This document shows, one piece after another, positions 54,626 to 64,000 of a DNA stretch of 64,000 bases. The notes beneath the pieces were generated by a model that did not search any database, was not told where the DNA came from, and was given only the letters and a program-made list of their open reading frames with translations. Both the position numbers and the translations under genes were made by a program. How positions within the stretch are numbered: position 1 is the stretch's first letter; the number at the start of each line of letters is the position of its first letter. The stretch is from assembly GCA_045807625.1 (NCBI GenBank), contig JBJMHA010000012.1, forward strand, positions 76,432 to 140,431. Direction: 5' to 3'. The stretch is from Thermoanaerobaculia bacterium. GTDB lineage: Bacteria; Acidobacteriota; Thermoanaerobaculia; Multivoradales; UBA5704.

Positions 54626-55051
54626 ATGACTGTCACCACAGTGCCTGACCCCCAACCCCCACCGGCGGACCGCCGACTCAGCCATGAGCCCCCAGCCGCG
54701 ATAGCGAAGCGTGGCTGGCGCTATCACCACATCGGCGTTCCAACCGACATCCAGCACCCAGGAGAGACTCATCTCGCTGAGTATGGCCTCTACGTGGCGG
54801 GTTTCAGTACCAGCCCGTACGGCGTGGAGTGGATGCGGTTCGAAAAGTCCAGTCCCTTGCCCGAGCTCATCAAGACCGTGCCCCATGTGGCATTCGAAGT
54901 CGACGACCTCGAGGCTGCTCTCGAGGGCCAAGAAGTCATCTATCCTCCCGGGTCTCCGTCGGAAGGCGTCCGAGCCGCCATGATCATGGACAATGGCGCC
55001 CTTGTCGAGCTCATCTGGTTCCGCAAGAACAGCGATGTCCACAAGGCGTGA
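54626..55051 (+). CDS. VOC-family cassette protein
   Basis: YHHIGVPT, PHVAFEVDDL, GALVELI. Confidence 0.8.
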   Translation: MTVTTVPDPQPPPADRRLSHEPPAAIAKRGWRYHHIGVPTDIQHPGETHLAEYGLYVAGFSTSPYGVEWMRFEKSSPLPELIKTVPHVAFEVDDLEAALEGQEVIYPPGSPSEGVRAAMIMDNGALVELIWFRKNSDVHKA

Positions 55052-55087
55052 CACCGAATTCTCGCGGGCGCCTAACACTTTGATATG

Positions 55088-55930
55088 TCACTGCGTTAAA
55101 ACGCCATATGCAACATTCCAGGCGAACAAGTCATTTTGGCTGTTGTCACTGTAAAATACTTCGAGGCGACCACTGCCGTTCAGAATCACCCCAATCTCCC
55201 TGATGTGGCGATCGTCGCTGTTGAAATTGAAGTGGAATCCGCGGATCACGGCCGTTCCGCTGGGGATGGTCGCTCTCTGCCCACCCTTCGCGCTGCCCGA
55301 GCGCTCGCTGACCTCGGAAAAGCGTGACCGCGGGATGTACGCGTAGGAGAGATCAATGCGAAAAGGGTCGTCATCGTTCCTGTCGTTCAACGTCACCGTG
55401 ACCTGGCCATTTCGCTCCTGGATGCCGATCTCGTCGATGTGGTGATCGCCGCCCCGGTACTGAAGATAGAAGCCGCGGATCACGAAGACAGAGCTGGCTC
55501 CGTTCGCAGGTACCTTAACAGGGAAGGTGATACTCTTTTTTCTGCCGAATTCTGTGGTGGTATTGCGGGAAATCTCGCCGAAATAGGGTGCGAAGGTGAT
55601 GTTGTAAAAATATCTGTCATCACCGTTTTTGTCCGAGAAACCGATGGAAGCCTTGTTGATGGCAGGCATGTTCGGCTGGACTTCCATCCCGCCGTAGTGA
55701 TGATCGTCGTCGCGGAACCGGAAATAAAAAGACTGCAGGAGCGGCGCGCCGTTTTGAGTGAGACCCAGCGGGGTGGTAATGAACCCCTTCGCATTCCCTT
55801 GCAGATTCTCGGCCGTCGCGGTCGCTGACCCGCCGGCGAGCATCATCGTCCCCAGCAGAATGAGGAGAGCAGCGAAGGCCCTGGGGCCGTGCCTGAGGTC
55901 AAGAAGGAGGGAGCCGAGTCGCGTGATCAT
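55088..55930 (-). CDS. Secreted protein with three internal repeats
   Basis: Signal peptide; three ~75-85 aa units each with F-x-F/L...D-(H/R)-H and D-x-N-x-D-D-like motifs; AAGGAG RBS. Confidence 0.75.
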   Translation of the reverse strand: MITRLGSLLLDLRHGPRAFAALLILLGTMMLAGGSATATAENLQGNAKGFITTPLGLTQNGAPLLQSFYFRFRDDDHHYGGMEVQPNMPAINKASIGFSDKNGDDRYFYNITFAPYFGEISRNTTTEFGRKKSITFPVKVPANGASSVFVIRGFYLQYRGGDHHIDEIGIQERNGQVTVTLNDRNDDDPFRIDLSYAYIPRSRFSEVSERSGSAKGGQRATIPSGTAVIRGFHFNFNSDDRHIREIGVILNGSGRLEVFYSDNSQNDLFAWNVAYGVLTQ

Positions 55931-56177
55931 GGGGATCTCCTTTGGGTACGCAGCCGCCCGAATGGGCGTTAGCGTCTTCGTATTTAGGCGTTGGTTGGCG
56001 CGACTTCGTTACACGAGAGAGGATAAGGAGGAAGAAGTGCCGGTACTCAGTGCGATATGCCTCCCAAGCGCCCAGTCCCTCGAAGCCATTGTGACGGAGG
56101 ACGGGGTTGGGCTAAGATGGAAGGCCAGCCCCAGGTAAGCTCATGCCCAGTCTCTTGCGGGAGCAAGGAGGCCGATC

Positions 56178-56795
56178 ATGAAAGGCTCTGCCGTCGTGCT
56201 TTGGGGAGTGGCCGTCGCCGTGGCGCTGTCGCCGCCGGGCAGCGCACAACAGAGTTGCCCCTTCACCGCCGGAGGGGCGGTTCTCGTCAGCGACCCCGCG
56301 CAGGTGGGCGCGCTGGTGCCCAGCGGCGTCCCGGATACCTGCCAGGTGACCGCCCCGTGCGTGGCGCAGGGGTCTCAGCCCGTCCACTACGATCTCTACA
56401 ACTTGGTCAACAACAACACCGCCGCTCCGACGTGTGTGACGGCGAAGCTCACCGCGGCGTGCGGCGTGCAAGGGGTTACCGAGCTGTATCTGGCGGCCTA
56501 TTCTCCAACTTTCAATCCGTCGAGCATCTGCCAGGGCTACCTCGGCAGCTCGGGGATGACGGCGATCAACTCTCAGGTCAGCGCGTCGTTCCAGGTACCG
56601 GCCGGGGCGCCGTTTCAGGTCGTCGTCTCGCTTCCGACCGGCGGTCAGTGCGAGTACACCTTGAACGTGACCGGGTGTGGAGCCGGCGACCCGCAGCCCA
56701 TTCCAGCCCTCTCGCCCGAGGGGCTCGTGGCGCTCCTCCTCGGGCTGGCCGCGTGCGGCTGGTGGCGGTTGCGGCGCGTTCTTCATATCCGCTGA
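56178..56795 (+). CDS. Secreted Cys-containing protein with IPTL-CTERM-like sorting signal
   Basis: Signal peptide; C-terminal IPALSPEGLVALLLGLAACGWWRLRR. Confidence 0.8.
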   Translation: MKGSAVVLWGVAVAVALSPPGSAQQSCPFTAGGAVLVSDPAQVGALVPSGVPDTCQVTAPCVAQGSQPVHYDLYNLVNNNTAAPTCVTAKLTAACGVQGVTELYLAAYSPTFNPSSICQGYLGSSGMTAINSQVSASFQVPAGAPFQVVVSLPTGGQCEYTLNVTGCGAGDPQPIPALSPEGLVALLLGLAACGWWRLRRVLHIR

Positions 56796-56835
56796 CTTTC
56801 GTGGGATGAGCCCAAGGTGCCAGGGTCTCCAACCT

Positions 56836-57102
56836 ATGCAAATGATCCATCTTCTACAACACCTTCATATCCTTGCCAATGGCGAGGAGAGCATCAAGAT
56901 CATCGGCGTTTATTCATCGAGGAATGCGGCGCTTGCTGCGATTGAGCGCCTCAAAACGCAACCAGGGTTCTCGGACTTCCCACGCCTTATAGACCCGCTC
57001 ATTGACGAAGACGTCAGCGGCTTCTACATTGATGAATATGAGCTGGACCAGGACCATTGGCCGGATGGCTGGTTCACAGGAGACCCGTGCGAAGCCTGTT
57101 GA
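56836..57102 (+). CDS. Small hypothetical protein
   Basis: KIIGVYSS...AIERLKTQPGF...FYIDEYELDQDHW looks like a conserved small-protein pattern. Confidence 0.65.
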   Translation: MQMIHLLQHLHILANGEESIKIIGVYSSRNAALAAIERLKTQPGFSDFPRLIDPLIDEDVSGFYIDEYELDQDHWPDGWFTGDPCEAC

Positions 57103-57205
57103 AGTAGGTGCCGCACTGAGTTGGCTCCGTCACCGGAAGCGAGCCAGTGCCTCTCTGATACGATGCCGCGGCCGTCGAGAGGCGGTTTTCCTCCGAGATC
57201 CTGAT

Positions 57206-57865
<660 letters not shown>

Positions 57866-57880
57866 ACCAAGGAGGATCTC

Positions 57881-58102
57881 ATGGATCAGAGACGAGCCAC
57901 GAACGCCCTGCTGTTGGTCATCGCGGTATGCCTGGTGCTCATCGTCGCTCACCTGTACGGGCTCAGCCTGACTCCGCCCGTGGAGGCGGATCAAATGAGC
58001 CGCCCGCAACCTGTCGAGCTGATGTACAGGGGGGCCGACGACACCTTCCACCCGTTGGCGGACAAAGACGGTCATATCTCTATGAGGTCCCAGCGGCCTT
58101 GA
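57881..58102 (+). CDS. Small membrane/secreted hypothetical protein
   Basis: AAGGAGG RBS; N-terminal hydrophobic helix. Confidence 0.65.
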   Translation: MDQRRATNALLLVIAVCLVLIVAHLYGLSLTPPVEADQMSRPQPVELMYRGADDTFHPLADKDGHISMRSQRP

Positions 58103-58140
58103 GCTAGCCGCCTGGCGGGGTAGGCCGGGGGCTCCTCCTC

Positions 58141-59253
58141 CTATTCGGGGGGGAGGATTGCCGTTGAATTGCCGATAACTTGCCGATAACTTGCCGAGAG
58201 CTCGTAGATCCGGCCGCGGCGGGAGGGGTTGGCGACCACCAGCCACCCCTCAGCCGTCCATTTTTGGAGGAGCAGGCGGGCGGTGCGATCGGAGAGGCCG
58301 AGCAGGCGGGCGATCTCGGGTGCGGTTACGCGGTCTTGACGGGCAAAGAGGGCCAGAACGGCCCGGGCGCGCGCGTCCAGCCGGCGCAACTCCTCCGGCT
58401 CCCCATGGGTCCCCTCACGGCTGATCCGGACGATCTCTTCCTTGGTGGACGTGAAGGCCGCCGCCAGGACGGTAAGGAAATAGTCCAGCCACGAGGTCAG
58501 GTCGGCCGAGTCCCGCCCTTCGTAATAGTTGTGATGAGGATGGACGGCGAGGGAGTCGTAGTAGGCGGTGAGATCGCGAGCGTGCTCTTCTTCCAGGGAA
58601 TAGAGCCCGTTCAGGCCGTAGCCGTCCCGCTGGAGCAGAAAGGTCGCGAGGAGCCGGGCGGCCCGGCCGTTGCCGTCGTAATAAGGATGGATGGTGACGA
58701 ATTGATAGTGGGCCAGGCCGGCGATGAGGGGCGGCGGGAGCCGTTCCTCCTCCGCCTTCCGGGTCCAGGCGACGAGGCCCGCCATCAGGGTGGGAACGTC
58801 TCTGGCTTCGGGAGGCAGATAGATCAGGGCCCCGGTCTCGGAATCCCGGATCGTATTCTGGCCGTCGCGGTAGCGGCTGGGGCGTGTCCGCCCTTCCACC
58901 AGAGCGTGGACGCGCTGGATGAGCTCTTCCGTCAGCTCGGTCCCCCGCGCCGCCCACTCCTCGACGCGGAGCAGGGCTTTCCAGTAGCTCCGGACCTCGC
59001 TGACGTCCCTCTCGCGGCCGTGGAGCGGGACCTTGCGGCCGGCGAGGACCCGCTCGGCTTCGGCCAGGGTCAGCCGGTTCCCCTCGATCCGGGTGGAGTA
59101 GTGGGTGGAGCGGAGCCGCGCCCGGTTCCGCATCTCCGACACGGCGGCCGGCGGTAGGGGGATCTGCTCGACGACCGCCCGCGCCGCCTCGATCTCCATG
59201 AGACGGCGGGCTATGGCCGGCGTCAGGGTGTAGCGCGGCTGCCAGGGAATCAC
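58141..59253 (-). CDS. Fic family protein (class II, auto-inhibited) with C-terminal HTH
   Basis: HPYYDGNGRAAR catalytic motif; STRIEGN inhibitory motif. Confidence 0.9.
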   Translation of the reverse strand: MIPWQPRYTLTPAIARRLMEIEAARAVVEQIPLPPAAVSEMRNRARLRSTHYSTRIEGNRLTLAEAERVLAGRKVPLHGRERDVSEVRSYWKALLRVEEWAARGTELTEELIQRVHALVEGRTRPSRYRDGQNTIRDSETGALIYLPPEARDVPTLMAGLVAWTRKAEEERLPPPLIAGLAHYQFVTIHPYYDGNGRAARLLATFLLQRDGYGLNGLYSLEEEHARDLTAYYDSLAVHPHHNYYEGRDSADLTSWLDYFLTVLAAAFTSTKEEIVRISREGTHGEPEELRRLDARARAVLALFARQDRVTAPEIARLLGLSDRTARLLLQKWTAEGWLVVANPSRRGRIYELSASYRQVIGNSTAILPPE

Positions 59254-59407
59254 AGGAGCTCTCTCATCGGCTATACTTTGTCAGACCTTGCCCGGAGGAT
59301 GAACGCCGTCGCCGACTTGAGCCCGGGAGATCTTGAAGAGATCCTGCCCGGCGACGCTTCGTCCGCCATTCGGCCGGAGCAGCCCGTCAGACTTGAAAGG
59401 AGCCAAC

Positions 59408-59566
59408 TTGGCCGGACCCAAGTATCAGTACGAGAAGCGCCAGAAAGACCTGGCCAAGAAGAAGAAGCAGGAAGAGAAGCGTCAACGCAAGGCTGCCAAG
59501 AAGGAGACCGATACCCAGGAGGAGGGGCAGGCTCCACCGCCGGGTGAGGGCGAGAGCGTCTCTTGA
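59408..59566 (+). CDS. Small Lys-rich protein
   Basis: AAAGGAG RBS then TTG; MAGPKYQYEKRQKDLAKKKKQEEKRQRK. Confidence 0.7.
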   Translation: MAGPKYQYEKRQKDLAKKKKQEEKRQRKAAKKETDTQEEGQAPPPGEGESVS

Positions 59567-59676
59567 CGCGGGCTGCTCACCAGGTGGCGGAAAGCAGGCG
59601 TTGATCTCTCATCCTCTATACTTTGTCACGCCCGCGCCGGGAGAGTATGCGCCGAGCCGGGCAAGGAGATCTCCGC

Positions 59677-59916
59677 ATGTACACCATCTATAAGCTTCGC
59701 GCCGATGAGCTGGACCAACGGTTCCTCGATACGCTCAAGCATCAGTTCCAGGACCGCGAAATCGAGATCGTCGTGAGTGAGGCTGTCGAGGCCGCAGAGG
59801 ACGAGACCGCCTACCTCTTGCGTTCTCCCGCCAACCGCGCGCGGCTGCTGAGAGCGATCGAGAACGTAGCGGAAGGACGAAACCTGGAGGTCGTTGATCT
59901 CGGCGACCTCGCATGA
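59677..59916 (+). CDS. Antitoxin with YefM-like C-terminus
   Basis: ETAYLLRSPANRARLLRAI; ATGA overlap with the toxin. Confidence 0.8.
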   Translation: MYTIYKLRADELDQRFLDTLKHQFQDREIEIVVSEAVEAAEDETAYLLRSPANRARLLRAIENVAEGRNLEVVDLGDLA

Positions 59917-60176
59917 GCAAGAAGATCGTCTTCGAGCGAAGCGCCTTTGAAGACTTCACGGCCTGGGCTACGGAAGACAGAGGCATCTACCGCCGGATCG
60001 TCGCCCTCATCCTGGATATCCTGAGAGAGCCGTTCGCGGGCCTGGGGAAGCCCGAGCCCCTGCGCCATGAGCTTCAAGGCTACTGGTCGCGCCGGATCGA
60101 CGGCGAGCATCGGCTGGTCTACAAGGTCGAGAGGGACGCAGTGACGATCATCGCGTGCAAGTACCATTACCGCTGA
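59913..60176 (+). CDS. yoeB: Txe/YoeB family toxin
   Basis: PFAGLGKPEPLRH...WSRRIDGEHRLVY...CKYHY. Confidence 0.92.
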   Translation: MSKKIVFERSAFEDFTAWATEDRGIYRRIVALILDILREPFAGLGKPEPLRHELQGYWSRRIDGEHRLVYKVERDAVTIIACKYHYR

Positions 60177-60278
60177 GCCCAACCCGGGGAATACCCGGCC
60201 CTCTCCCATCGTCTATACTTTGTCACGCCCGGCGCCCGAGGTGCGCCCGCTTCGCCTTGCCGTGAAAGGAGCCCTGCG

Positions 60279-62014
<1,736 letters not shown>

Positions 62015-62015
<1 letters not shown>

Positions 62016-62506
62016 TGGCATCCGCGACCGTGGTGCGGGACCTGCTCCTCTACATGCTCTGGGCCGACCGCATGATGCTCAAGGCGGTCCGCGAGGTGAG
62101 CCCGGAGGATCTGACGCGGGACGCCGGGGTCAGCTTCGGATCGCTGCTCGGCACCATGGTGCACATGCTGGGCTCGCAGCGGCTCTGGCTCTCGCGGTTC
62201 GCGGGCGGCCCCACCGAGCGCCGCCCGGGGCTGGCGGACTTCCCGGACCTGCCCGCCTGGATCCATGGCTGGGAGGAGACGGCGGCCGGGATCGAGGCGT
62301 TCCTCGCCTCGTTGACCGAGGAGCAGCTCGCGGCCGAGATCACCTGGGTGGATACCAAGGGCCCGATCTACACCCGGCCGCTCTGGCAGCCGGTCTGCCA
62401 CATGGTGAACCACTCGACGTACCACCGGGGGCAGGTGGTCTCGCTGATACGCCAGCTCGGGTACGAGCCGCCCGAGACGGATCTGATCCTGTTCTTTCTG
62501 AAATAG
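62015..62506 (+). CDS. DinB family protein
   Basis: TMVHM...[12 protein letters not shown]; ATG overlaps the mutase stop. Confidence 0.85.
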
Positions 62507-62540
62507 AGGGGCGGCCCCCCCTCTGCTACAATCCCGCTCC

Positions 62541-62951
62541 ATGAGTGAGAGAAGGCTGCGCATTCTGATCGCCAAGCCGGGCTTGGACGGGCACGACCGC
62601 GGCGCCAAGGTGGTGGCGCGGGCGCTGCGGGACGCGGGGTATGAGGTGATCTACACCGGCCTGCGGCAGACCCCGGAGCAGATCGCGGCGGCGGCGGTCC
62701 AGGAGGACGTGGACGCGGTGGGGCTGTCGATCCTCTCCGGGGCCCACAACGTGCTGCTGCCCGAGGTGACCCGGCTGCTCAGGGAGCAGGGGGCCGAGGA
62801 CATCCTGGTCTTCGCCGGGGGGATCATCCCCGAGCAGGACATCCCCGGGCTCAAGGGCGCCGGAATCGACGAGATCTTTCTGCCCGGCACGTCGACGAAG
62901 TCGATCGTCGAGTACCTGCAAGGGCGTTTCGCCGCTGTCGCGGCTTCCTAA
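62541..62951 (+). CDS. Cobalamin-binding small subunit of methylmalonyl-CoA mutase
   Basis: [26 protein letters not shown]. Confidence 0.93.
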   Translation: MSERRLRILIAKPGLDGHDRGAKVVARALRDAGYEVIYTGLRQTPEQIAAAAVQEDVDAVGLSILSGAHNVLLPEVTRLLREQGAEDILVFAGGIIPEQDIPGLKGAGIDEIFLPGTSTKSIVEYLQGRFAAVAAS

Positions 62952-62993
62952 TCCCGCGTCGCGGTGCTACGTTAAAGTGCTCAGGGAGGAGCA

Positions 62994-64000
62994 ATGAAAA
63001 GAAGGATCCTGCTGGCGGACGACAGCGTCACCATCCAGAAGGTCATCGAGCTGACGTTCATGGACGAGGACTACGAGGTCCGCGCCGTCAGCAACGGCGA
63101 CGAGGCGGTGAAGCTTCTGCCGGAGCTGAAGCCGGATTTCGTGATCGCCGACGTCCATATGCCGGGAGCCAACGGCTATGAGGTCTGCCGGCGGTCGAAG
63201 CAGTTGCACCCGGACGTGCCGGTGCTGCTGCTGGTGGGCACCTTCGAGCCGTTCGACGAGGGCCAGGCCCGCGCCGCCGGGGCGGATTCGCACCTGAAGA
63301 AGCCGTTCGACTCGCAGGAGCTGCTGCAGCGGGTTGACGAGCTGATCGCCGCGAGGCCCGCCGCCGCGCCGGCCGCGGCCGCCGGTCCGACCCCCACCGG
63401 GGTGGCGGACTGGGCCCAGCCCACGCCCCTGCCATTGTCGGACTGGACGGCGGAGCCCGCGCCGCCGCCGGCCGCGGCTCCTGCGGCTCCCGCCTCGCCC
63501 GCGATCCCGGACTGGATGTCGCAGCCCGCGGAGCCGGCCTTCGGCGCCGACACGGAGCCGGGCCTGGGGACGGCGTCGATCCCGCAATTCACGGAGGAGC
63601 CAGCCTGGGGGAGCTTCGAGCTGGAGCCGGAGCCCGCCCCCTCGCCGTTCGCCGTGCCTCCTCCGGCGCCGGCGGCCCCGGAGCCGTTCGACCGCGAGCC
63701 CTCGTTCTCCCTGGAGCCGGACCCGGGCTATCAGGCGGCCGCACCCGAGCCGGTCTTCTCGATGGAGCAGAACGAGCCGTCCTTCGCCATCCGGGAGGAC
63801 GTCTTCAGCGCTCCCAGCGAGCTCTCGTTCGACGAGGCGCCGCAGGACCGCTATCTCTCCGAGGAGCCCGCGCCCGCCTGGGACGTCCCCGAGCCGGAGC
63901 CGGTCTATCCGCCCGCTCCCGGCCAGCCCGCCTACGAGCCCTCCCCGGCGGCTCACGCCGGTCACGCTGATCTCGCCGGCAGCGGCAACGGGCGGCTCTC
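62994..64000 (+). CDS. Response regulator (RomR-like receiver + Pro/Glu-rich linker), 3' end outside window
   Basis: Manual translation MKRRILLADDSVTIQKVIELTF...ADVHMPGANGYEVC...LLVGTFEPFDE...KKPFDSQEL; GGAGG RBS. Confidence 0.88.
   Translation, partial: MKRRILLADDSVTIQKVIELTFMDEDYEVRAVSNGDEAVKLLPELKPDFVIADVHMPGANGYEVCRRSKQLHPDVPVLLLVGTFEPFDEGQARAAGADSHLKKPFDSQELLQRVDELIAARPAAAPAAAAGPTPTGVADWAQPTPLPLSDWTAEPAPPPAAAPAAPASPAIPDWMSQPAEPAFGADTEPGLGTASIPQFTEEPAWGSFELEPEPAPSPFAVPPPAPAAPEPFDREPSFSLEPDPGYQAAAPEPVFSMEQNEPSFAIREDVFSAPSELSFDEAPQDRYLSEEPAPAWDVPEPEPVYPPAPGQPAYEPSPAAHAGHADLAGSGNGRL

Larger units (their letters stand above)
50024..55076 (+). mobile_element. Integron gene-cassette array without integrase (CALIN)
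   Basis: attC sites at 52456-52523, 53055-53115 and 53969-54039; partial sites ending 50030 and 54582 and starting 55070; lower GC; co-oriented ORFs. Confidence 0.85.

Overview
GC-rich bacterial DNA; the gene content (CHAT/TPR proteins, zf-HC2 anti-sigma, IPTL-CTERM, RomR-like regulator) suggests an Acidobacteriota/Myxococcota-like soil organism, which is inference only. In order: the end of a 2-oxoacid dehydrogenase E2 gene, a Uma2 nuclease, a Cys-rich secreted protein, a 20-bp phased repeat tract and a complete group II intron inserted into a GTAG-type REP/REPIN element. Next come an ATPase + TOPRIM-like pair and a glycogen/trehalose cluster (glgE, treS-pep2, malQ, glgB, GH57, treY) interrupted by a LecB-like lectin. 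These are followed by an ABC1 kinase, a GNAT + OSBS/NSAR pair, and an ECF sigma / anti-sigma / small peptide / CHAT protease locus with three copies of a GTGAGGGG-N16-CGTT promoter-like motif and a candidate sRNA. After a frameshifted higBA lies an ~11-kb uncharacterised minus-strand operon (34083-45156): two paralogous acidic/basic block proteins, a HEXXH protein, three unknowns, a HET-C-OmpA fusion, an M20 peptidase and an amidohydrolase, with a divergent LuxR regulator. This operon is the best candidate for an undescribed system. The window ends with an integron cassette array lacking an integrase (about 50.0-55.1 kb), carbonic anhydrase, Fic, a YoeB-type TA module, a split methylmalonyl-CoA mutase and a RomR-like response regulator. 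No rRNA, tRNA or CRISPR array was seen. All family assignments come from motif recognition by eye, not from database searches.
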